Below, in pieces: positions 1 to 12,000 of a stretch of 37,881 nt of DNA (the stretch's first letter is position 1; the number at the start of each line of letters is the position of its first letter). Below the pieces are notes generated by a model. The model was not told the DNA's origin, did not search any database, and saw only the letters and a list, made by a program, of their open reading frames with translations. The stretch comes from Elusimicrobiota bacterium (GTDB lineage: Bacteria; Elusimicrobiota; Elusimicrobia; F11): the NCBI GenBank assembly GCA_046153645.1, contig JBJXGI010000017.1:1-37881 (forward strand), written 5' to 3'. The translations under genes were made by a program, and so were the position numbers.

Positions 1-1
1 C

Positions 2-3000
2 ACTCAAGGATATAGTTCCAATGCCGATTGGGAAGGCAGTTTTGATGATCCTTATGCATCTCGAGTAACGGGTGCTCGTAACGCCTCTTGGACCATCACT
101 GATAATACCGCCAGTTATGTGGATACAGATCCCGCCACCATGGGTCGTATTGTTCGGAGCGCGGCCGGTGTTCCCAAAGTGTATGGCGGAAGTTGGAGTG
201 ATGATGGTTTCCAAAATGTGGTTCGCTCTGATAACTTCACTATTAATAATACGGAGGCCTGGGTTACCTCTGGCCAAACAGTTCCTTATACCACGCGCAA
301 TATGAGTTGGTCTTCCAATCGACAAAGAAGTTCATTTAATGCGGGTGTGATTACCGGTCAAAACGTTGTCGTTTTAGGTGCCAATGGAAATGTAATTGAT
401 TTTAATGTGATGGATGTGTGGGGCGAAGGAAGTTTTAATTCCCCTGTTGCGCGTATCACCGGAAGCTGGACGAAAACAGACACCTCAACATATTTTGACC
501 GAAGTTATAATAATTTTGGTCGTCCAACGGCAATTGCTCCTAGAAGTGTATCAAAAGCACTTTCTTATAATGGTCTTGCCCTTGAAACGGTGGACGACGC
601 CTATTCAGCCAGCCTGACTTATACCACCAGCAATGATGCCATTTGGGCCGCCACTGCAGAACAAAGAACACTCATGCAAGTGACTTTCGGATACAGTTCA
701 AATGCCAATTGGGGTGGAAGTTTTGATGATCCTTATGCTTCTAATATGACCGGGGCTCGCAACGCTTCTTGGTCGGTGGTAAATTACAAAAATAGTTATG
801 TTGATAATGATCCCCTTCGAATGGGACGTTTGATTCGAAGTGAAGCAGGTATGCCTCAAGTTATTGGTGGAAGCTGGAGTGATGACGGATTCCAAACCAT
901 TACAAGATCAGACAACACAACTTTTAACAATCCTCTTGTTTGGGCCACGATGGGACAAACAACGCCATTAGAAGTCAGAAGTAAAAGTTGGAGTTCCGAT
1001 CGCAGTCGTGTCACTTGGAATGCACAAGCCGCTTTGGGAGAAAATATTGTGGTTTATAACGCGGCGGGCAATTCCTTAAACTTTAACGTAATGAACGTTT
1101 GGGGAGACGGAACATTTGAAGCCCCCATTGCAAAAATAACAGGCAGTTGGAATAAATCTGAATCAACCACTTATTTTGATAGAAGCTACAATCAATATGG
1201 TCGTCCCACCGCTCAAGCGCCACGAACCATTTCTAAAGGTCTTAATTTTAATGGACTGGCCTTGCCTCATTTAGATGATGGTTATAGCGCGTCTTACAGT
1301 TATACCAGTAATAATAATCTCATCTGGGAAAAAACCGGCGAGCAGAGAACCTATCAACAAGTCACTTTCGGATATAGCTCCAATGAAAACTGGGGTGGTA
1401 ACTTTGATAATCCTTATACTTCAACGGTGACAGGAGCTCGTCAAACTTCTTGGAATGTGGCTGATTACTCTCATAGTTATGTAACAGACAATGAGGCCCA
1501 AATAGGGCGAGTGATTCGTTCTCAAGCAGGAACTCCGAAAGTATTTGGTGGAAGTTGGAGTGATGATGGTTTCCAAAACGTCACTCACGCTGATACGGTT
1601 ACCATTAACAATTCCATTATCTGGTCAACCATGGGACAAGCGATTCCGCTTGAGTCGCGGGCTCTCAGTTGGTCTTCTGATCGTTTGAGATCCACGTGGG
1701 ACGCTCGCCTTGCTGTTGGAAATGATGTGATTATTTATGACGCTTCAGGCCAAGCCATCAATATGAATGTGATGAATGTATGGGGGCGTGGGACTTTTGA
1801 AAATCCGATTCCTAGAATGACCGGAAGTTGGAATAAATCAGACGCGACCACTTATTATGAATTAAGTTACAACCAATATGGGCGTCCGACAGCCATCGCT
1901 CCTCGAACTCTTTCTAAAGGTTTAAATTACAACGGACTTTCTGTTCCTGGCCTTGATGACGCTTATTCCGGAAGTTTCACCTACATTAGTAACAACGATA
2001 TTATCTGGCAAAGAACGGGTGAACAAAGAACGTTCCAGCAAATTTCATTCGGATATAGTTCGAATGCCAATTGGGATGGAGATTTTGATAATCCCTATAC
2101 TTCAACAGTAACAGGCGCTCGTCAGACTTCATGGAATGTCACAGACTATTCAAAGAGTTATGTTACGGCAAATAACAATCAAATCGGTCAGGTGATTCGC
2201 ACTCAAGCCGGTGTTCCTAAAGTTTATGGTGGAAGCTGGAGTGATGATGGTTTCCAAACCATTACACGCGCTGACACCTTTACAACCAATAGCACTCTTG
2301 TCTGGGCGAATATGGGGCAAGCCACACCTGATCAAGTGCGCAATATGAGTTGGTCTTCTAACCGTCGTCGAGATACTTGGGATGCTCGCGCTGCGGTGGG
2401 GTCTGATGTCATGGCCAGAGACAAAAATGGGAATATCATCAACTTTAATGTCATTGATGCTTGGGGAGAAGGGAGTTTTGATGTGCCTATTCCCAAATCA
2501 ACAGGAAGTTGGAATAAAACAGATTCCTTTACTTATTATGATTTGAGTTATAACGAATTTGGTCGGCCCACCGCGACAGCCCCTAGAACTGTTTCAGACA
2601 GTCTCAATTACAACGGTCTTTCTATTCCTGGGTTAGACGACGCTTATACCGCTTCAAAAACTTATATCAGCAATAATGATTTTATTTGGAAAATCACAGG
2701 TGAGCAGCGCTCGCTTATGCAGGTTTCTTTCTCTTATAGTTCTAATGCGGCCTGGCAAGGGAGTTTTGATAATCCTTATACATCAACGGTGACGGGAGCC
2801 AAACAAGCGTCCTGGTCAGTGACTGATTTTTCAAAGAGTTACATCACGAATGATCCTGAGAAAGTAGGTCAAGTCAATCGCACAGAAGCGGGTGTTCCTA
2901 AAGTTTATGGAGGTTCTTGGAGTGATGACGGTTTCCAAAATGTGACTCGCGCCGATACTTTCACGACCAATAATACAATCGTCTGGATGAATGTTGCCAC

Positions 3001-6000
3001 GACCGTGCCTTTGGAAGTTCGTTCGTTAAGTTGGAGTTCCAATCGAAATCGATCTACTTGGGACGCCCGGCAAGCGGTAGGACAAGATGTCATTGCCTAT
3101 GACGCTCAAGGAAATACGCTTAACTTTAATGTGGTTAATGTTTTTGGTGAGGGATCTTTTGATGTCCCAGTCCCAAAAACAACAGGATCTTGGAGTAAAA
3201 CAGATTCTTCTACCTATTATGATTTAAGTTATAACCAATTTGGTCGTCCAACGGCCGTTGCTCCTCGGTTTGTATCCAGGTCGCTTGGGTATAACGGCTT
3301 ATCTCTCGATACGTTAGATGATGGGTATACCGGTTCGCTTACCTATGGAAGTAATAGTGACGTCATTTGGTCTGCCACTGGCGAACAAAGATCGGCTTTA
3401 CAAGCGACATTCTCTTATAGTTCCAATGCCGCTTGGGAAGGTAGTTTTGACAATCCTTATCAATCTCAAACAACTGGTGCTCGTTCTGCTTCTTGGAGCG
3501 TTACTGATTACACTCAAAGTTATGTCAATAATGATCCTGATCATATGGGTCAAATTATTAGATCTGAGGCGGGTGTTCCAAAAACCTACGGCGGAAGTTG
3601 GAATGATGATGGTTTCCAAAATGTCGTTCGAGCTCAAACAACCACTAAAAACAGCACAGAAATTTGGTCGACGGTGGGACAAGCGACGCCCTTTGAGACG
3701 AATGTAAAGAGTTGGAGTTCCAATCGCAGTCGTGGAACATGGGATGCTTTAAGCGAAATTGGACACGATGTCATTGTTTATGACGCTTTGGGCCAAGCAC
3801 TTAACTTTAATGTGATGAATGTTTGGGGAGGCGGCGAATTTAATAATCCCATCGCAAGAAATACCGGAAGCTGGACCAAATCAGATTCAACAACTTACTA
3901 CGACTTAAGTTATAACCAATTTGGTCGTCCAACCGCGCGAGCCCCACGGACGATTGCCAAAAGTCTCAGCTATAATGGCTTGGCCATGCCTGATTTAGAT
4001 GACGCTTACTCTGCCAGCGTTACCTATACCGCAAACAACAATCCGATTTGGCAGTTAACCGGAGAACAAAGAGCGCTTACACAAGTGACCGTTGGTTATA
4101 GTTCAAACGCCAATTGGGACGGCGATTTTGATAACCCTTATATCTCGTCAATAACAGGGGCTAGATCAGCTTCGTGGTCTATCGTTGATTATTCAAAGAG
4201 TTATGTTGATAGTAACGCGAGCTCCATGGGGCAAATTATTAGAACCGCCGAAGCTGCTCCCACCACCTATGGCGGAAGTTGGAGTGATGATGGTTTTCAA
4301 AATGTCACTCGAGCTGAAACCACGACAATTAATAATGCAGCACCTTGGATCAATGCGGGTTTAAGTATTCCCTTAACTTCTAACTCGAAGAGTTGGACAT
4401 CAAATAGAAATCGAGGAACGTGGGACGCTCAAGCTGCAGTGGGGCATAATGTTTATGCTTATGATGTTTATGGAAACCAAATTGATTTTAATGTGATGTC
4501 CGTTTGGGGTGAAGGAACGTTTGATGACCCTAAAAAACGAGTGACTGGCGGTTGGACCAAAAATGATTCCACCACTTATTTTGAAAAAAGTTACAACGAA
4601 TTTGGTCGCCCGATGAGTGATGCTCCCTATAGTGTTTCAAAGAGTTTAACTTACAATGGGTTATCGCTCCCCAATTTAGATGATGGCTATTTTGCTTCGG
4701 TTTCGTATTTAACCAACAACAATCAAATATGGCAGGGCACTGGTGAACAGCGGTCACTCTTACAAGTTACTTATGGTTATAGTTCAAATGCAGCCTGGGG
4801 TGGTAGTTTTAATGATCCCTATGCTTCGCAAACAACTGGTGCTCGTTCTACTTCTTGGTCTATTGCAGATTACTCAAAGAGTTTTGTTAACAATGATCCT
4901 GCCACGATGGGTCGGGTGATTCGATCAGAAGCTGGCGTGCCCAAAGTTTATGGGGGAAGTTGGAGCGATGATGGTTTCCAAAATGTGACACGGGCCGATA
5001 CGTTTACCAAAAATAATACTGAAATTTGGAACACCATGGGCCAAGCGGTTAACCAAGAAGTAAGAAGTCTTAGCTGGAGTTCAAACAGAAGTAGAGAAAA
5101 TTGGAACGCGTCTTCTGTGGTTGGTCAACCCATTATTGTTTATAACGAACAAGGACAACAAATCAACATGAGTAATATCAGTGTTTGGGGAGGGGGATCT
5201 TTTGCCTCTCCTGTTCCTAAAACAACGGGTAGCTGGAGTAAAACGGATTCAACAACTTATTTTGATCTCAGTTACGACCGGTTTGGTCGTCCCACTGCTA
5301 TTTCTCCTCGAACCATTTCTAAGTCGTTATCTTACAATGGGCTTTCTATTCCAATTATGGATGATGCCTACACGGCTTCTTTAACTTACATTTCCAATAA
5401 CGACATTATTTGGGCGGCTACAGGTGAGCAGCGAACACTTATGCAAGTTTCTTTTAGTTATAGCTCGAATGCCGCGTGGGGAGGAAGTTTTGACAATCCT
5501 TATGCGTCTGCTTTAACCGGAGCGCGTTCTGCTTCATGGAGTGTAGCTGATTATAGTCGTAGTTATGAAATGAATAATGCTGAGTCTATGGGGCAAATTA
5601 TTCGCACAGTAGCTGGTGTTCCTAAAAATTATGGGGGCAGTTGGAGTGATGATGGCTTAGATAATATTAATCGATCTGATATCTTTACAACCAATAACGC
5701 CAATGCGTGGATCAACTCAGGGCAAGTTGTTCCTGAAGAAACAAGAGTAAAAAGTTGGACGTCCAATCGAAACCGAGGAGCATGGGACGCGCAATCTGTA
5801 GTGGGTTCTGATGTTGAAGTAAGGGACGCACAAGGTCAAGTGCTTAACTTTAATCAAATGACTGTTTGGGGAGAGTTTAGTTTTGATCAACCCGGATACA
5901 AAAAATCAGGCGGTTGGAATAAATCGGATTCAACAACTTATTACAAACAAAGTTATAACCAATATGGTCGCCCAACGACGAGAGCGCCTCACACGATTTC

Positions 6001-9000
6001 CAAGGGATTAAGTTATAGTGGTTTACCATTAGAAACCATTGACGATGCTTTTAGCGCAACATTAAGTTACACCACCAATAGCGATGTTATTTGGGAATTA
6101 ACCGGAGAACAAAGAAGTGATTTCCAAATTGTTCAAGGATATAGTTCCAATTCAAATTGGGGGGGAAGTTTTGATAATCCTTTTGCTTCAAGGCAGACGG
6201 GCGCGCGTTCAGCAACATGGTCTGTTTCAGATTATTCCCTCAGTTATGAAAAATCAGATCCATTAAAAATCGGTTCTTTAAAAGCGGCGCAACTTCCAAA
6301 AGTATTTAGTGGAAGCTGGAGTACTGATGGAAAACACAGTTTTAACCGAACAAATAATGAGACAACCAATAACATCACGGTTTGGGGAAATACGGGGGCT
6401 TTGGTTCCTACTGAAGTTGTTTCTCGTACGTTTAGCTCAAATGCTGCTCGTGTCAATTGGGATATCGCCAGTCTCACGGGACAAAATGTTTTTGCCTTTG
6501 ATCCGAATGGAAACCAAATTAGTTTTAATAATTTAAATGTTTGGGGTGGTGGAGAGTATTCGATACCGATCGCCAAACCCACTGGAAGTTGGAATAGTTC
6601 TGAAAGCCGCACTTCTTTTGCGGGATCTTATAATTCATTTGGTCGCCCGACAGCATTGGCTCCTATCACCATTACAACAGGGATTAATTTTGATGGTTTG
6701 GCTCCGGCCGCTTCAGGGGGAGGCAAGAGCACTTCAATAACGATCGCGAAAAATAATGATGTGATCTGGCAGGCCACGGGTGAACAGCGAGCTCTTAATA
6801 CAAAAACCACAACCAATAATGAGACCCCTGGTACAGGGGCTTATTCTGAATCTGTTTCTGAAACAGATTTTAGTCAGAGTTATGAAGACAGTGATCCTGA
6901 AAAAATGGGACGGGTGAGACGTGAGAGTACACCCACTTCAAAAGGAACCTCATTTAGTTTCGATGGATTTTTAAGTTATGTTGGTTCAGAAAGTGAAACA
7001 AAAAATAATGGGGTCATTTGGTCTAATATGGCTCAAGTCACTCCCTTGGAAGTGCTTAGTCGAAGTTGGAGTTCAAACCTAGGAAAGGCAGGCTCATTTA
7101 ATTCTCCCATAGCTCAGATTACAGGTGCCTGGTTTAAGAGTGAGTCAAAAACATTTTATGACTTGAGTTATAATCAATATGGAAAAAATATTTCCGCAGC
7201 ACCCCGAACTGAAACACGAACACTCAATTACAGTGGGAGTTTAATCGACGGCTACTCTGCCTCACAAAGTAATCTCTCCATGGTGGATGCCATTTGGGAA
7301 GAATATGGAGAGCAGAGAAATAAATTTCAGTCTACTGCTGGTTGGAGTTCAGACGCTGGATGGAATGGTTCTTATAACAGCCCTGTTGTTGGTGAGTTAG
7401 AAGTTTCTACCAATTGGAGTCAAACCGACTACGCTGGGAGTTATTCCGCCACAGGACAGTTAACCGGTGTGTTACCACAGACCCAAGGCGGTTTTTGGAA
7501 TTACGATCTAAAATTAACCTATACCGCCGGAACCACAGAAACAACTCACGATGACAAGTTGTGGAATTTAACAGGAAACCTCTACAACGGTAGCGTCAAA
7601 ACACGAAGTTGGTCATCAGATGAAACTTCTGCTGGAAGCCTTGATAGTCCGCTTGCATTGAAAGACGGGTCTCTCTTCAGATCTCAAAACACAGTTAATT
7701 ACGCCGGTTCCTATAGCACGGTTTATGGGACTTTTGGGCGCCCCACCGAATCGGCCCCCACTGCTGAAGGGTGGAGATGGAGCGATAATGGTTTGGGTGA
7801 TGGGGTTATGCTTGTTGGCATTAGCAAAGCGATCACAAAACAAAGCAATCGAAATGATATTTGGTACAACCTTGGCGAAATAAGAACAGAATCATCCACC
7901 GATATTTCTTGGTCGTCAGATCGATCTTTGGTGAGTGGACAGACTGGCTCATCAGGCAGTGAATATGGCGCGGGATCTTTGTCCCAACCTGTTATTCAAG
8001 AAGACGGCACCTCTTTCCGCGCATTTACAAAAATGACGTATGAAAACAGTTTCTTCGCCTCTAATGGAAAAGCCAATGCGGCCGCGGCTCCCTTATCGGA
8101 AGGATGGGTTTTAAGTCATGATGGATTTCGTTTCACCAAAACAATCAATAAACAAACACACAATGGAACAGTGTTTGGTAACACGTCTAGAGTGGTTGCC
8201 TTATTAAATGACAATAAATCATTTTCTTCCGATGACCGAATGATCAGTTCTGATGTGAGTAACCCTGATTGGGGAGGTGGAACTTATTGGACACCGGTGT
8301 TATCCAAAGAAAACAGAACCTTTAGAAGATCGTCCTCCGTAACAAATTATGCAGCCTCTTATGATGGTTTAGGAAGAAACACAACTATAGCCCCTATTGT
8401 TGCAAATTCTATTTCTGAAAGTGGTGAACTTTGGAGAAAACGCGAGTTTAATTCTCAAACTGAAATGGATGGAATGGTTTCCAATATAAAATCTTCAATT
8501 GACGTTCTTGTTGATCAATTTTTAGCTTCTGAAGAAAATCAATTAAAAGCCAATTTACTTCATGAAACACAACATCAGATTTTGTTAGACGAGGTTGGCA
8601 CAATAAAAGCCAATCTAAAATCTGCAATTGATAATTGGGCTTTGTCTCACACAGCGGCCAACACCAGTTATGATGATTTCTATGATTTTATTGTGGACTG
8701 GCTTTCTCAGTTTCCTTCACTTGAAGAGTGGAAAAATGTGAGCAATTTCGATATTCAGCACGAGTTATACAATGTGATTCAGAAAGATTCCGAACATGGG
8801 CCGAATACGAAATTTATTGGTTCTTTAACAGGGTTGAATTCTGGAAATACAACGGTCGACAATAATATCGCAGCCGCACTCAGTTCAGGTGGGGACTTTA
8901 AGTCTATTGTCGCTGGTGTAACGAGTGCCACCACTGAAGTCTCTTCCAATGAAACCTTTTTGAAAGATTTGGGCGAAAAAATTTATCACTTCTCTGATAA

Positions 9001-12000
9001 GAAAAATGTGAAGTTCGATCATACATGGCGCTCAATGTCTTTATCAAAAGTAAAACAAGAAAATCTGGGAAGTGTGTGGAAGAATTTAGGGAAGCAAGTC
9101 GTTAGTAAAATGGAATCGAAATCAACTTCGATTTCGTTAGATGAAGTGGAAACAAGCACAGTTGAAGAAACTGATTATGTTTATGACACCGAAACCGGAG
9201 ATGTTATTTCCGCCTCCGGGTCTGGAACAACGATCACCATTGATGTTTACGGAAATAAACAAACACAGACCTTCACTAAAGATTATGCCCAAGTCGCCCT
9301 AAATCAAGCATTGTTAACAGAGCAAATCACGACGTCAATGACATCAAACAATGCGGACGGATCCAGTGTGATCATGAATGGCGAAAATTCCACTCAATTT
9401 TCTTACAACAAATACGCTCAGTTAACCGACCAGACCAGTCAGAGTTCCGTTACAAATAACGATGGATTTGGGAATCTTTCTCATTCAGATTCGTCCACAA
9501 CATTCATTATCATTCAAGGTATTGCACGCGCTGATAAAACAACGTCACATTCTACTTCTTACTCTAATGATGGAAGCGTTACAGTCGCTGATGATTCTGT
9601 TTTGGATTATGACTATGACAATTTTGGAAATTTAACTAAGGTCACAATGACAGATGGGTCTACAAAAACGACGGATATTTACGGAAACACTCAAGAGCGT
9701 AAGGCTGTCACAAATTATCGACTTTTCATGGGGCAAGCGCGCGTTTATCTCATCTCAGCTACAACGGAAAGTAATAACACAGATGGATCAAAGAGTACCA
9801 CTCAAACAGAAACCTTAAACCGGTGGCAGTCTTCCGGTGCGATGGCTAAAAACATTGCCTCTACGACACGCGGAACGATTATTTCTGATGACGGATATGG
9901 AAACTTAACCGTTGGTTTACGCTCTGAGGGAAAAGGTATTTTCCAAGAGACCAAAAATTACAAAGGATTTGCCAAACAAAGGGTCAATGTCACAAAAGCC
10001 AAAACCAGTCTTTTTGATGGTTCTTGGAATGAATCAACTTCTTGGTCGGTAAGTCAATACAGCGCCAATGGTGTTCTCCTTGGAGGCAATGGTTGGAGAG
10101 ACGGAAAAGGTGACGATGGAAATGGCAATACTGAAATTACTTATGGAACCGATCAGTTAGAAGTCATTCGCGGGGTTCTCAAAATAAAAACCTCAAATGT
10201 TCGGAGTTTAAATTCAGGCTTAGATGGTTCGTTTAACCATACGGTGTTAGATATTAATTACACGAATGCTCAAACAGGCGTTGTTAAACTTCTTGATGCG
10301 CAAGCATCGGGCCGAAGAAAATCAAACGATGGTTGGGGCAATCTCACCAGGGGAATTATTCTCCAGAAGTTTGACAAAGTGGTTATTGCCAATGCCGGTC
10401 GTGCCCTGGCAGAAGAGGTGACAACCAGAAGTACCACTTATGCGATGACGGGTGCTGTTACCGAATCTGAACAAATCACCTTTACAAGGAGAGATGGAAC
10501 AGGAAAAAGTTTAAGTCAATTTTCTTTGGCCAATAGTCGAACCGATGATAGTTTTGGAAATCTGAGTTTTGAAAGTAATCGGCAGGAATTTGAATTTAGA
10601 CAGGGTTTATTTAAGGTGACTTCAGTTATCTCCGAAGGCGGTTTTAGTAAACGAGATTTATCTGAGGGGCTTTTAACAACTATTACCACCTATAAATATA
10701 GTTCTAACTTTAAATTGATCGGAGCCAATGGAACAACTTTGAGCATTGGTTGGGACCGGTGGAATAACAGAAATCGTTCTTTCACTATTAATACCTACGG
10801 TATATTTGCTGGGCAGGCGAAAATTATCCGTTCTGATACGAGAACCCAACTTAGCAATATAGATGGATCCTGGCAGGATCGTGGTCAAACACAGTTATTC
10901 GGATATACCGATAACGGTCGCATATACGATTCTTATAGTTATTACTCGTTTGTGGGAGGAGATGGTTTCTTAACGAATACTTTTGGAAATGGTTTTTCAA
11001 ATTATGATATTTGGTTTGGCCAGGCTTATCAAACAACGGGTTTCAATCAACAGGGTTCAGATAGTCTTCGTGGTGGATGGAGTGAGTCCCAAGAAAACGT
11101 GGTTTATAATTACACCTATGGGTTGGGGCAAGGGAATAATCCATATCTAAACCTCAATAGCTTTAATGATGTCACACCTTTTGCGATGCCAAAATTCTTA
11201 ACGGTCTCCAGTCAAGGGATTTATAATTCACAGTCATTTGATAATGGAATTCTCTCTATTGAAACAAATGGCGTGAGAAACTCTTATATTATTGGAAATA
11301 CCAATATTCTCAAAGTAACAGATGAAACCGTCCTTAATTATCGAACCTACAACCAAACAGGCTGGTACCCAATCGATCAAACTGCCGGAAGTAAAGTGGC
11401 CACCTATACTTACGATAACGGAACAGCCGAATTCGTTAGTGGATATTCGTTGGCGCAAACCAATGTTTTTAGGTCGGAGAAAACCTCTGGTGTGGTGAAT
11501 TATTTTGGAACCAATAAAAAAGAAACCTTTTTCGCCAATATGGCTGGCAAACGTGTTGTGCTTTTGGACGTAACCACTTCTAAGTTAACGACGACTTACA
11601 ATGGTGTTGTGAAAAGCGTTTCAAATTCCAGTGCAATCACAGATTTTTATTATAACGCTGTTGGAAATAGCACTTATAGTATTGAAGATTCAAATTCCAC
11701 TTCAACCAGTGAAGGTGTGTTTTCTCGTTCTCATTCCATTAAAACTTCTCTGAACTTATTTGGAGTGTTAGACTCTATTTCAACGGTCACCACATCAACG
11801 AGTATTGGAAAGCTTCAAGAGTATGTGACAACCTCACGTAGTTGGGTCAACCGAACATGGAGTATTTTTGGCCAAACCGGGGCTACTGGTGGATTTTCAA
11901 ATTCAACAACGAGAGTTGTTTTTAACAATGCCACCGGCGCCATGGGCGGTCACATCCAAGGTTCTACTACCAGCGGATCATCGGGAACAAATAAGTACGC

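Noticed and set aside
119..121. GTG start of the 5671-aa ORF
   Set aside because: The frame is open back to position 2 and continues the same repeat, so the gene is truncated by the window edge.
11..6139. Regular periodicity as a CRISPR array, a DGR template/variable repeat or an assembly artefact
   Set aside because: The period is 681 bp and in frame, with no short identical repeats or spacers. Differences are not visibly adenine-specific, there is no cas or reverse transcriptase gene, and the units are too diverged to be an assembly duplication.
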